Shown: positions 28,293 to 37,945 of the stretch, in pieces
How positions within the stretch are numbered: position 1 is the first letter of the stretch
Layout of the letters: the number at the start of each line of letters is the position of its first letter
From: Alphaproteobacteria bacterium UBA2966
Lineage (GTDB): Bacteria; Pseudomonadota; Alphaproteobacteria; UBA2966
Length of the DNA: 64,000 bases
Reading direction: 5' to 3'
Assembly (NCBI GenBank): GCA_002348365.1
Contig: DEBC01000137.1
Coordinates: 21,821 to 85,820, forward strand
Notes under the pieces: generated by a model
What the model was told of the DNA's origin: nothing
Database searches by the model: none
The model's input: only the letters and a program-made list of their open reading frames with translations
Made by a program: the position numbers and the translations under genes

Positions 28293-29687
28293 TTGAGTAC
28301 CCCAACATATGCCCAACGCATCAAGCGTAAGGTCGGCACCACTATCCTGGGTCCTATCCTGACCCGGCTGGCGGCGGAGGGCAGGGCGCCGCTCGTAGGC
28401 AAGCTCATCCGCAGCCAGCTTGTTACGCTGAAGCAGCCACAAGTCCACGAGTCGCAGGCGATTAGCACGCTCATTCTTCCCAAGCCTGGATTCTCTGAAG
28501 ATATCCAAGCCAGCCTCGGTCGCGACGGTCGCTTTCGCATCGTCTCACTCGATCGTACCTATACCAAGTTCGTCTATAGAGCGTTCCTCCCGAAAACGGT
28601 CGATGACAACAACTATCGCTCCGCTCCACCGGAAACCGCCGACAAGAAGCTCCAATTGCGAGATTTCTGGCAAGCCGCTTGGCCCCACGTCAGCCGTGGA
28701 CAGATTGATGTCCTGTTGACCGGGAATTTCAGTTATCACGCCGAACAGGAACTCACGGCGGCGCTTGAGGTGCATGGCACACCGGTCGTCGCGTTGCACA
28801 AGGAATGCCTGAAAAGCCCAGCGCTCGAGACGTTCTACGAACACGTCTACCGTGAACGGAAGATCCCATTCCAGGGCAGTTTCATCTCGACCTACAATGA
28901 GATCGAGCGTGACATTCAGGTTCGTGCCGGGACCGTTTCCCCCGACAGGGTGGTCGTGTCCGGCATGGCGCGTCTCGATAAAATACATCACTGGCGGGAG
29001 AAGTTTGGAGGTACGATCCGTCGAACCGGTGAGCGGCCTACCGTATTGTTCATGTCGTTCAATGCGCGCACCGGCGCCCCTTTGATTTCGCGGAAGCTTC
29101 CGGGACGGAGGGAGATTCTCGACGAGGCTCAGGAAGCGGTCGGTTGGGACAGGCTGGTCGTTGAATGTCATGCGGCGATGGTCGACCTCGCCCGGCAAGA
29201 GCCGGATATCGACGTTGTCATCAAAGCCAAGGATCACGCCCGGGCTTTGGCGGTGATCGAGGAAAGCTTTGGACATGATTTCAAGACACCTGCGAATCTG
29301 AAGATCATCTGCGGCGGCGATCCGTTCTCGCTCATAACGCAGGCAGACGTTCTTTGCGGATTTAACAGCACCAGCCTGTTCGAGGCATTGGCGGCCAACG
29401 TCCCGATCGTCTCACCGCATTTTGTGGAAGCGGCGGCGGAGGATACGAAGGGCTATGTCATTGACCTCGGCGACGCGGCAGAACGGGCGCACAGCCGACA
29501 GGAGTTGATTGCTCGCCTCGCCGCGCGCGCCCGATCCACGCACGCATCGGGCCATGCAACGACCCTGGCTGACGCACAACTTCGGGCGCTCGATCACTGG
29601 CTCGGCAATGCCGATGGAAAAGCGGGTGAGCGCGTTGCATCGCTTGTCAGCGAAATCGTCCGGTCTGAGCAGCGAGCGGCTGCCTGA
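28293..29687 (+). CDS. Putative GT-B-like glycosyltransferase, tandem paralogue 1 of 3.
   Basis: Colinear with paralogues 2 and 3 (…VLLTGNFSYHAEQELTAALEVHGTPVVALHKECLK… and …QADVLCGFNSTSLFEALAANVPIVSPHF…). The TTG start is at 28293. Confidence 0.55.
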   Translation: MSTPTYAQRIKRKVGTTILGPILTRLAAEGRAPLVGKLIRSQLVTLKQPQVHESQAISTLILPKPGFSEDIQASLGRDGRFRIVSLDRTYTKFVYRAFLPKTVDDNNYRSAPPETADKKLQLRDFWQAAWPHVSRGQIDVLLTGNFSYHAEQELTAALEVHGTPVVALHKECLKSPALETFYEHVYRERKIPFQGSFISTYNEIERDIQVRAGTVSPDRVVVSGMARLDKIHHWREKFGGTIRRTGERPTVLFMSFNARTGAPLISRKLPGRREILDEAQEAVGWDRLVVECHAAMVDLARQEPDIDVVIKAKDHARALAVIEESFGHDFKTPANLKIICGGDPFSLITQADVLCGFNSTSLFEALAANVPIVSPHFVEAAAEDTKGYVIDLGDAAERAHSRQELIARLAARARSTHASGHATTLADAQLRALDHWLGNADGKAGERVASLVSEIVRSEQRAAA

Positions 29688-29703
29688 TTCCCAGCACTCA
29701 CCC

Positions 29704-31098
29704 ATGAACGACAAGATCCGCCGCCACGTTTGGTGGTTCGCGTTTCGCACTGTCGCGCGTCTCAACTTGGCGCGTGCTGCTGCCTGGCTCATGGTTCGCG
29801 CCTTGGGGGGTGCTCAAACTGGATCTTCAGGTCAGGATGCAAAGAAGCTTCTGCTGTTGTCCAAACGAGGCCTGTTCGAGGATGCCGCGTCGGCTTTTGA
29901 AGGCGATCAGAGATTCGAGCCCTGGTATCTCGACATGGTCGAGATCAAACCTTTCAAGGCAATGGTCTCAGCCTTCCTGCCCCCCGAAATAGATGATTTC
30001 AACTATCTCTCAGATGACTCAGAAGTGGAGGCGGGCAAACGCGCGTACCGTGATTTCGCGGTTCAGGTGCTGAAGCACTTCCTCGCCCAAATGCCCTTTG
30101 ATGCAGTTCTGACAGCGAGCTTTTCCTACTATGCGGAACGAGAAGTGGCGGCTGCTTTCGAGCAATTGGGTGTGCCGTTCATCGCGTTACATAAGGAAAA
30201 CCTGAAAACCCCCGGCATCTTCAAATTCTACGAAGAGGTCTATCGCACGCGTCGCGGTCCGTTCCATGGCAGACGAATTCTCGTCTACAACGGAATTGAG
30301 AAGAATCTGCAGGTTGCGGCCGGCGTCGCGCCGGAAGGGAACATCACCGTGACCGGAATGCCCCGGCTCGACCGAATACATGAATGGCGTCAAGCGCAGG
30401 CCGGGCTGCGACCTGACACGAGTGGTCAAGCGACTACCGCTCATCAGGCGCTCTTCTTCGCGTTCGGACCGAAGACAGGGCTGCCACGCATGGCTCGCAA
30501 GCTCGGGTTCGGGATGCCGGAAGGCCTCGAGCAATTCGGTGACGAGCGGGATCAATTTTCCTGGGATGAGCTTGCCCGTTCGTATCACCGGGCAGCCGTC
30601 GAAGTCGCTCGACAAATGCCCGACATTCGAGTGATCGTGAAGGCCAAGCCGGTTCCCTTCGAAGTCGCAGCGATTCGAGAACTTCTTGGTGATGGCGATG
30701 ACCTTCCCGAGAACCTCACTCTGATCTCAAGTGGCGACCCGATGGAATTGATCCTTAAGAGCAATGTCGTATGCGGATTTCGGACGACCGCGCTCCTTGA
30801 GGTCATCGCGGCGGGTAAACCCCTCATCGTTCCTCATTTTGCCGAAGCCGCGACACCACAGCTGTCTGAATTCATTTTCGATGTTGAGTCGGCCGCAGAG
30901 TATGCCGACTCCGAAGAGGACATTGTCCGCAGAGTCTGCCATCACCTGACAAACAGCGAAGGGACAAGGGTCGCGCTTGAGTCGAGTGAGATGACCGTTC
31001 TCGAGAAGTGGACGGGAAATGTAGACGGCAAGTCGGGTGCGCGGGTGGCCAATGCGGTTCACGCAGAGATTTTGGGCGCACCGGTGGAGCACGACTGA
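29704..31098 (+). CDS. Putative GT-B-like glycosyltransferase, tandem paralogue 2 of 3.
   Basis: …AVLTASFSYYAEREVAAAFEQLGVPFIALHKENLK… and …KSNVVCGFRTTALLEVIAAGKPLIVPHF… The ATG at 29704 follows the paralogue-1 stop by 16 nt. Confidence 0.55.
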   Translation: MNDKIRRHVWWFAFRTVARLNLARAAAWLMVRALGGAQTGSSGQDAKKLLLLSKRGLFEDAASAFEGDQRFEPWYLDMVEIKPFKAMVSAFLPPEIDDFNYLSDDSEVEAGKRAYRDFAVQVLKHFLAQMPFDAVLTASFSYYAEREVAAAFEQLGVPFIALHKENLKTPGIFKFYEEVYRTRRGPFHGRRILVYNGIEKNLQVAAGVAPEGNITVTGMPRLDRIHEWRQAQAGLRPDTSGQATTAHQALFFAFGPKTGLPRMARKLGFGMPEGLEQFGDERDQFSWDELARSYHRAAVEVARQMPDIRVIVKAKPVPFEVAAIRELLGDGDDLPENLTLISSGDPMELILKSNVVCGFRTTALLEVIAAGKPLIVPHFAEAATPQLSEFIFDVESAAEYADSEEDIVRRVCHHLTNSEGTRVALESSEMTVLEKWTGNVDGKSGARVANAVHAEILGAPVEHD

Positions 31099-31102
31099 AC
31101 CT

Positions 31103-32467
31103 ATGTCATCACGACCGTGGCTTCTTCTCCCCATCGAAACCAAGCACCGGGAATTTTATGGCAAGATATTGTTGTCACTCGCCGCAGCCGAACGGGGTTT
31201 CGAAGTACTGCTCGGCGAACAGAACGCCATGCTTTCCCAACTCGATAACCTCCCCCAAGGCATATATCTCGACAAGAGCGTCGGCCGCACGAAGACCAAG
31301 TATTTCAAGAGACTTGATGCGCGAGGTTGCCGGATCGTGGCGTGGTGCGAAGAGGGCCTCGTCTATCGCGACCGCGACGCCTATCTGCACGAGCGTGTTT
31401 CCAACGCATCTCTGGCGCTAGCCAACAGGTTCTTCGCCTGGGGCGATGTGCAGGCCAATGATATTCACAAGCAAGCCCCAGAGGCGGATGCCAAGGTGCG
31501 GATCACCGGCAACCCACGCTTCGACATGTTGCGACCCGAATTCCGCAGTGTCTTCACGCCCGCGGCCGACAAGATTCGACAGTGCTACGGTCCATACATC
31601 CTCATCAATTCGAACTTCAGCCGGTACAACCACTTCATGGGCTACGACTTCTGGATCGAGGCCCTAAAACAGCGCGGCACGATCACGAACGATGAACAGC
31701 TCGCCTTCTACCATCGCTGGCGCGACTTCCTGGGAAAGGTCTTTCACGGCTTCATCCGTGTCATGCCGGCTCTCTCATCTGCATTCCCCGATCGGACGTT
31801 ACTGGTACGGCCACATCCGTCTGAAGATCACGCTACCTGGCTCCGCGAAACGGCTGCACTCAACAATGTCACCGTTGTGCATGAGGACAGCGCAATCCCC
31901 TGGATCGCAGGTGCCGATGCCGTCATACACAACAGCTGCACCACCGGTCTTGAGGCGTACCTTCTGGGTATTCCTGTTGCTGCATTCCGGCCTGCTGTCG
32001 ATGAGACATTTGATTCCCACCTCCCGAATGCGGTCAGTCACGAAGCGGTGGACGGCGAGGGCCTTATTGAAACCCTGCGCGAGCTCCTGGCGGGCACCGC
32101 GACCCCGCCGCCTTCCGCACAATCGGAGGTGAATAGATATGTAGCCGCGCTCGATGGCTCACTCGCGGGAGACCGTGTCGCGGATGCGTTGATCGAAATC
32201 TCTTTACGCTGTGAACCCCAGAAAATGGGACCGATACGACGCGCGAGAATTGCCCGGGAAAACACTGTCTCGGCGCTTAAGCCTATGCTCAGACGGATAC
32301 GCCGCAGCCATAAAGCGACGTCCTACGCGAAGCAAAAGTTTCCCGGAATTGAGCTCTCAGAGGTCGAACACGCCATAAACCAATTGAGAGACGTCTCGGG
32401 TCGCTTCGCCGGCATCACTTCGACGCGTTCACCGTTCCGTCACTGTTTTCGGATTTGCAAGACCTAA
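31103..32467 (+). CDS. Putative sialyltransferase-like glycosyltransferase, tandem paralogue 3 of 3.
   Basis: Contains …IVAWCEEGLVYRD… (D/E-D/E-G-type motif) and …LLVRPHPSEDH… (HP motif) ~160 aa apart. This matches the spacing of the two bacterial sialyltransferase motifs. The C-terminus …GADAVIHNSCTTGLEAYLLGIPV… parallels paralogues 1 and 2. Confidence 0.5.
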   Translation: MSSRPWLLLPIETKHREFYGKILLSLAAAERGFEVLLGEQNAMLSQLDNLPQGIYLDKSVGRTKTKYFKRLDARGCRIVAWCEEGLVYRDRDAYLHERVSNASLALANRFFAWGDVQANDIHKQAPEADAKVRITGNPRFDMLRPEFRSVFTPAADKIRQCYGPYILINSNFSRYNHFMGYDFWIEALKQRGTITNDEQLAFYHRWRDFLGKVFHGFIRVMPALSSAFPDRTLLVRPHPSEDHATWLRETAALNNVTVVHEDSAIPWIAGADAVIHNSCTTGLEAYLLGIPVAAFRPAVDETFDSHLPNAVSHEAVDGEGLIETLRELLAGTATPPPSAQSEVNRYVAALDGSLAGDRVADALIEISLRCEPQKMGPIRRARIARENTVSALKPMLRRIRRSHKATSYAKQKFPGIELSEVEHAINQLRDVSGRFAGITSTRSPFRHCFRICKT

Positions 32468-32486
32468 CTGGGAACAGGTACCCCAA

Positions 32487-33656
32487 TCAGCCTGCCTCTA
32501 CACCACCGCCCACCCATTTGATACGCGGCTCCATCGTGTCGAGATTCACGTTGTCCCGGTACCGTTCGACACGATCCATCATCGATCCCACGACCTCGCT
32601 GGTCAGAAGATGGGGTTGCAGCCCCAGGTCTGTCAGCTTGGAATGTTTGGCATTGTAGTAGTGCGACTCCTGCTCCACCCGCGGGTTCGCCACGTTCTCG
32701 ATTACGACATCCAGGCCACGCGTCCTGCCGGTCTCTTGCACGAGGTTGGCGAGATTGAGGATTGAATACTCCTCGGTGAACTGGTTGAAGACACGGAACT
32801 CTCCGGGCTTAGCCGGATTCCGCGCCGCCAACTCGACGCATTGAAGGGTATCGCGAATATTCAGAATTCCCCGGGTTTGACCGCCCTTCCCATACACGGA
32901 CAGCGGTTGCCCCATCACGGCCTGAACGACGAAACGGTTCAGCACTGTCCCGAACACATGGTCGTAGTGAAAGGATGTCGCCAACTCATCGTCGAGAAGC
33001 GTTTCCGTCGTGTCGATGCCGTAGACCACGCCCTGGTTCAGATCGGTCGCACGGACACCCCAGATTCGACAGGTAAACGCGATGTTGTTCGAATCATGAA
33101 CCTTTGACAGGTGATAAAAGCTGTGCGGCTTCTTCGGGTAGAGCACGGTGTCGGTCCGCCCGTTGTGGGTGACCGTCAGATAACCTTCCTCTATGTCGAT
33201 GTTAGGGGTGCCGTACTCACCCATGCTCCCGAGCTTGACCAGGTGGGCGTCCGGGCAATGACGTCGAAGCGCGAACAGAACGTTCAACGTGCCGGTCACA
33301 TTGCCCATTTGGGTCAGGACAGCTGTAGTCCGGCCCTGCATGGAATAGGGGGCCGAAGGCTGTTCGGCGTAATGGATGATGACTTCGGGCTGCGCGGCCT
33401 GAAACAGGTTGTAAACGAACCGGTGATTGGTCAGATCGCCGACGCGCAACTCAATGGTTTTACCCGTTAGTTCTTTCCATCGACGGACTCGGCGATGCAA
33501 CGTGGGCACGGGCGCGATCGGCTCGACACCTTCTTCCAGCTCCCACTGGCGCTTGGCGAAATTGTCCGCCACCCAAACTTCGTCCCCCGCAGAAGAGAAA
33601 TGCATGGCGGTGGGCCAACCGAGATAGCCGTCACCACCCAAGACCAATACGCGCAT
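32487..33656 (-). CDS. sqdB: UDP-sulfoquinovose synthase (SqdB/SQD1/Agl3 family).
   Basis: MRVLVLGGDGYLGWPTAMHFS… and …HYAEQPSAPYSM…, …HLVKLGSMGEYGTPNIDIEEGY…, …FYHLSKVHDSNNIAFTCRIWGVRATDLNQGVVYG…, …LNRFVVQAVMGQPLSVYGKGGQTRG…IRDTLQCVELA… These blocks match SQD1/SqdB closely. Confidence 0.8.
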   Translation of the reverse strand: MRVLVLGGDGYLGWPTAMHFSSAGDEVWVADNFAKRQWELEEGVEPIAPVPTLHRRVRRWKELTGKTIELRVGDLTNHRFVYNLFQAAQPEVIIHYAEQPSAPYSMQGRTTAVLTQMGNVTGTLNVLFALRRHCPDAHLVKLGSMGEYGTPNIDIEEGYLTVTHNGRTDTVLYPKKPHSFYHLSKVHDSNNIAFTCRIWGVRATDLNQGVVYGIDTTETLLDDELATSFHYDHVFGTVLNRFVVQAVMGQPLSVYGKGGQTRGILNIRDTLQCVELAARNPAKPGEFRVFNQFTEEYSILNLANLVQETGRTRGLDVVIENVANPRVEQESHYYNAKHSKLTDLGLQPHLLTSEVVGSMMDRVERYRDNVNLDTMEPRIKWVGGGVEAG

Positions 33657-33748
33657 GAGAATTCCGAGCTAGTAGTTTGCTGTCGTAGGTGACAGGAATG
33701 CCGTCTGCAACGGCGGCGGCGTCCTTGTCTCATGAATGGAGCCTGGCA

Positions 33749-34489
33749 TCAAGCAGACTGCTCGATGTGTGGAAGCGAGACAAAACCGGCCCGAAGCAAC
33801 AAGTCACCCAGCCTGAAATCGTCAGGACCGTCGCAATCGAATCCATAAACGGCGGGCACTTCGACGGCTATGGAGGGGTCAGCGAAAACCGCCCCGGATT
33901 GAAGAATACTCTCCGATCGAAAAACAACCAGATTTCCGAACAGGTGATGCTTTGGCTTTGACTGTTTGTTGTAAGCCTGGAGTCGCTCTTCCGCGAAACG
34001 CCAACTCACGTAACCATCCGAGACCAAGCGTTGATTGTAGGCATGATGATTATGCGGACAGTCGATGACCGTCTGCGCCGATCCCGCCGAGGGATCGGCC
34101 AGAAGCTCTTTCACGCAGGTATCGATCTGCTCCGGCAAGATGAATGGCGAAGTTGGCTGCAACAACGCGATACATTCGGGCACGCCTCCCGAATCGGTCC
34201 CGCTGGTACGAAGAAAGTCCACTATGACATCAGCAACCGCAACCGAGTCGCCCGAAAGCGCAGCCGGCCGGGCACTCACTTCAACCTGCAATTCGCGGCA
34301 TCGCGCTTCAATTGGCTGAGAATCCGTGCTGCAGATGATTCGCGCCACCGAGGCACTCTGTTGCGCTGCGAGAGCGCAGTAATCGAGAAGCGGCCGCCCG
34401 CCCAGATCTGCGATGTTCTTGAGCGGTACGCTTCTTGAGCCGCCGCGCGCGGGGATCAGTCCCCAGCACACTCCAGGCAGAACGTTCAT
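33749..34489 (-). CDS. Acylneuraminate (nonulosonic acid) cytidylyltransferase, CMP-sugar synthetase copy 2.
   Basis: …GLIPARGGSRSVPLKN… CTP_transf_3. The ATGA overlap with the upstream 2-HADH gene is at 34486-34489. Confidence 0.8.
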   Translation of the reverse strand: MNVLPGVCWGLIPARGGSRSVPLKNIADLGGRPLLDYCALAAQQSASVARIICSTDSQPIEARCRELQVEVSARPAALSGDSVAVADVIVDFLRTSGTDSGGVPECIALLQPTSPFILPEQIDTCVKELLADPSAGSAQTVIDCPHNHHAYNQRLVSDGYVSWRFAEERLQAYNKQSKPKHHLFGNLVVFRSESILQSGAVFADPSIAVEVPAVYGFDCDGPDDFRLGDLLLRAGFVSLPHIEQSA

Positions 34490-35466
34490 GTTTCACCACC
34501 GCCCTTGCCTGAAAAGTACTCGACCGCCATGTCAACGACCCGCCTCTGGGTATCTCGCCAAGCATCAACCGTCGACCCACCGATGTGCGGTGTGATCAAC
34601 AGGTTGGAATGCGATCGGGCGTAATCCACAAGAGGATGCGCCGAAGCTTGAAATCCGGGATCGTATTCTCCGTCCAGCACATCGGTGGCGGCACCCGCAA
34701 TGGCGTTGCTCTTGAGCGCGTTCAAAAGGGCACTTTCATCAACAATTTCGCCGCGTGCTGTGTTTATCAAAACCGCTGATTTCTTCATGTGACCCAGTGA
34801 CTCGCGGTCAATCAGATGATGAGTCGAGTCATTGGCGGGCACATGAATCGATACGACGTCCGATTGCGCCAAGAGGTCTTTGAGGTTGTCGACCCGAAGG
34901 TACTCTGGGGACGGCGCCTCGACGTTGGGGTCAAAGTAACAAACCTGCATGCCGAACGCGCGGCCGTAACTTGCCAGTTTCTTCCCGAGCCGCCCCAGTC
35001 CGACAATGCCCAGTGAAAGCCGAGACAGCATGGCCGGTGCGCCGAAGTCGAATCGATTCCACGACCCATCCAGCACTGCGCCGTAGCTCCATGGAGTCCG
35101 CCGCAGCAGCGCCAACATCAGACCGAATGCGTGCTCCGCCGTAGGTGTGATCGTGTCGAGGAACGCCTGCTCGTCCTTCAGCGAAAACACCCGAATGCCA
35201 CGAGACGCCGCAGCTTCCATATCGATGTGGGGAACGCCGGTCGTGTTGCTTATGATGGCGCGCAGGTGAGAACACCGGACCATTTTTTTGGCGTCGAACA
35301 GATAGCCAAGGGGCGCGAAGCAGGCATCTACCTGCGAGAGGATCTCATCCGAATCCTCTGCAGGCGTGGGCAGCGCAATGACTTCGAACTCTTTCTCCAG
35401 CAAGGCCAAGTTCTCGGGCTGGTAGGAAAGCAGGTCGTAGTAGAGAACGCGAGGCTTGTCCGGCAA
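34486..35466 (-). CDS. D-isomer-specific 2-hydroxyacid dehydrogenase family protein (third copy in the window).
   Basis: …LGIVGLGRLGKKLA…, …LINTARGEIVDE…, …ITPHIGGST… It sits between the neuC-like and CMP-transferase genes. Confidence 0.8.
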   Translation of the reverse strand: MPDKPRVLYYDLLSYQPENLALLEKEFEVIALPTPAEDSDEILSQVDACFAPLGYLFDAKKMVRCSHLRAIISNTTGVPHIDMEAAASRGIRVFSLKDEQAFLDTITPTAEHAFGLMLALLRRTPWSYGAVLDGSWNRFDFGAPAMLSRLSLGIVGLGRLGKKLASYGRAFGMQVCYFDPNVEAPSPEYLRVDNLKDLLAQSDVVSIHVPANDSTHHLIDRESLGHMKKSAVLINTARGEIVDESALLNALKSNAIAGAATDVLDGEYDPGFQASAHPLVDYARSHSNLLITPHIGGSTVDAWRDTQRRVVDMAVEYFSGKGGGET

Positions 35467-35467
35467 T

Positions 35468-36613
35468 TCAGTAGGTCATTTGCTTGTTGAGAAGATTCTG
35501 GTCCACAACAACCGTTGCCAGCACATCCGTTATGCGGCGGTATGCAGTGCCGTCCCCGAACGGGGGCTGGACGTCGCGAAGGCGTTGGCGGAACTCCTCG
35601 TCGGAGACACAACGTTCGATGGCCGTTCGTATGGCATCTCGATCGTAATCGACGTCCATAACGTTTGCCGCGCGTTCTCGGCCTTTCTGTCGCTCCCCGA
35701 TATTCACGGAGGGGAGCCCAAAGTAAGGCGCTTCTATCAGGGCTGCCGATGAGTTCCCCACAATACACGCCGCCAACTTTTCCAGGCCGATGAAGTCAGC
35801 CGCCGGAATGTTGCGATGTACTGAAAGACCGGGTGAGTCGGCGACTCGTTCGATCTCTGAAATGATGCCTTCGAAACCTTGATCAGAGCAGGGGTAAACC
35901 AGCATGGCGCGATGACCCGTGGCAACCACGGCGGCGACGGTTTCGGCCATCTGGTCAGCCGCTCTGTGAGACACAGTCGAATCCGAATGCTGGAGGACAA
36001 GCATGAACGGCGCTTCCTCACTCAGATCATACTTCGCGCGGAGTTCGTCCGCGGGCGTTATGTCGCCGAGAAACACCTGATCAATATGGGTATCGCCTAC
36101 GACATGCACACGCCATGGCTCCTCCCCCATCGCGACAATTCGATCTGCGGAGGCCTGCGTTGAAGGAAAATGAATATGGGCAAGCTTGGTGATCGCATGC
36201 CGAACGGGTTCGTCCAGGCTTCCGGAAATATCGCCGCCCTGCACGTGCGCGATTGCCACCCGCATGTTGTGCGCGGCAATACAGGCGGCAAACACTTCGC
36301 CTCTGTCTCCAATGACCAGAAGAATATCGGGCTGCAGGTCCCCGAGAACCTGAGCGGCTTTTGTCAGGCAGCGCCCTATCGCTCCCGCCCGGTCCCGATT
36401 GGAATCGCCTTCCTGTTCCATGTCGATTGTCGCCGACACCGGGAATCGGGCTTGAACTTCGGTCACCGTCTTACCGAACCGGTCATACAGGTGTTGATCG
36501 GTGACCACGAGTTGAAGCGACAAGTCTGGGCTTTGTTGGATGGCATCCATGGTAGGCGCCAAGGCGCCAAATCCCCCGCGCTTGCCGTTCCACACACAGA
36601 CACGACGCATCAC
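35468..36613 (-). CDS. neuC: UDP-N-acetylglucosamine 2-epimerase (hydrolysing), NeuC/LegG-type, copy 1.
   Basis: Epimerase_2 fold: …DLLLVIGDRGEVFAACIAAHNMRVAIAHVQGGD…VRHAITKLAHIHFPST…. Confidence 0.85.
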   Translation of the reverse strand: MMRRVCVWNGKRGGFGALAPTMDAIQQSPDLSLQLVVTDQHLYDRFGKTVTEVQARFPVSATIDMEQEGDSNRDRAGAIGRCLTKAAQVLGDLQPDILLVIGDRGEVFAACIAAHNMRVAIAHVQGGDISGSLDEPVRHAITKLAHIHFPSTQASADRIVAMGEEPWRVHVVGDTHIDQVFLGDITPADELRAKYDLSEEAPFMLVLQHSDSTVSHRAADQMAETVAAVVATGHRAMLVYPCSDQGFEGIISEIERVADSPGLSVHRNIPAADFIGLEKLAACIVGNSSAALIEAPYFGLPSVNIGERQKGRERAANVMDVDYDRDAIRTAIERCVSDEEFRQRLRDVQPPFGDGTAYRRITDVLATVVVDQNLLNKQMTY

Positions 36614-37641
36614 ACGAGGTCCTCGAACGACAAAGCTTCATCGGCGACGACATCTCTGGCCAGCGTCCGACCGATGAATTCGGGCAGACGGTTGGACAGA
36701 ACTCCAGTGCCGGGCCGCTTCGTCGCCAGATCTTCTCTGGAAATGATGAGCCCTTCGGCAAGGTCCCGTGACGCGACCACCGACTTCAAAGCCCATGCCT
36801 GAGCGTCCACTTCCGAGGGCGCGGGTTCCTTTCTGCCGTGTCCGAGCAACGTCTCGATCCGCCGGATGTCTCGAACGAGACCCGGAAAGTCGTCCGGACC
36901 TGCGGATACCCTCCAGTCCTGGGCATCTGGAATGTCACGCAGGATCGTAATGTGTTTCTCAACGATCGATGCGCCGCGCGCCACGGCAGACAAAATGGCC
37001 AGATGATCTTCGGTATGGTCGGAATATCCGACAGGTCCCGGAAAAATTGATTGGAGCGCATCCATGGCCGAGAGATTCACATCAGATTCAGGTGTCGGAT
37101 AACTCGTCACGCAGTGCAGCAGCGCGACTTCGTCCATTCCGGCGTTGGAGAGGGCATCGAGCGCTTCCGTTACATCGGATTCCCGGTACATGCCCGTCGA
37201 GACGATCATTGGCTTTCCGAGCTGGGCCAACTGGGAGAGAAACTCGGGATTGTTCCGTTCACCCGAACCCACTTTAACCGCCGGAACATCAAGCTCCCGC
37301 AACCAATCAATTCGCGAGGCATCATGCGCCGTCGCCATGAACAGAAGGCCCGCTGCATCGCAGCGTTCCTTCAGTTCCTGAAACTGGGGCAACGACAAGT
37401 TTCTCGGCCGGAGGCGGTCGCGCCAGTCGGGCGCCGACTCCGCGATGAGCTCATCCACGTCGAACACCTGTGTTTTAAAGATATCGGCACCCGCTTCCGC
37501 GGCGAGATCCACGAGTTGGCGGGCGAGATCCATATCGCCAAAGTGTGCAACGCCGGCCTCCGCAATCACGAAGACAGGCGCGTCCGCCCCGACTTCTCGA
37601 TCGCCGATTCGAAAGCGCGATTTGAATTTCGAGGCGGGCAT
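36610..37641 (-). CDS. neuB: N-acylneuraminate (nonulosonic acid) synthase, NeuB/LegI/PseI family, copy 1.
   Basis: …PVFVIAEAGVAHFGDMDLARQLVD…DIFKTQ… NeuB TIM barrel plus a C-terminal SAF/antifreeze-like domain (…ATKRPGTGVL…). The ATGA overlap with neuC is at 36610-36613. Confidence 0.85.
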   Translation of the reverse strand: MPASKFKSRFRIGDREVGADAPVFVIAEAGVAHFGDMDLARQLVDLAAEAGADIFKTQVFDVDELIAESAPDWRDRLRPRNLSLPQFQELKERCDAAGLLFMATAHDASRIDWLRELDVPAVKVGSGERNNPEFLSQLAQLGKPMIVSTGMYRESDVTEALDALSNAGMDEVALLHCVTSYPTPESDVNLSAMDALQSIFPGPVGYSDHTEDHLAILSAVARGASIVEKHITILRDIPDAQDWRVSAGPDDFPGLVRDIRRIETLLGHGRKEPAPSEVDAQAWALKSVVASRDLAEGLIISREDLATKRPGTGVLSNRLPEFIGRTLARDVVADEALSFEDLV

Positions 37642-37743
37642 TCGGCTAGAAACCTTGCAATTTGGTGCGCATCTGCACGTTCGGATGCAGGCCCTTCACG
37701 CCTTCGAGGGGTTCGAATTCTGACATGATTCAAGCCTAAACCC

Positions 37744-37798
37744 TTGACGAACCTTCGATTAACAGCATAGCGTTCACACGATGAACACGCTGGCGGTA
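37744..37798 (+). promoter_or_regulatory. Second copy of the TTGACG-N17-ATAGCGTTC…TGAACACGCT motif, plus a sigma70-like TTCACA-N18-TATGAT promoter facing the ABC exporter gene.
   Basis: TTGACG is at 37744-37749, ATAGCGTTC at 37767-37775 and TGAACACGCT at 37782-37791. TATGAT (37794-37799) lies 18 nt downstream of TTCACA (37770-37775). The motif sits in the divergent neuB1 / ABC-exporter intergenic region. Confidence 0.35.
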
Positions 37799-37945
37799 TG
37801 ATGCGTCACTTGGCCCAGGCTGTAAAGCGTCGATGAGTGGTGCGGCGGGTGGTCGAGAGCACCATCGAGTTTGCTCCCAGCGCCCGCGGTATCGCCTCCA
37901 TAGGACCTATGTACCGCACCCGGAACACCAAGAGAGAGAGAATTC

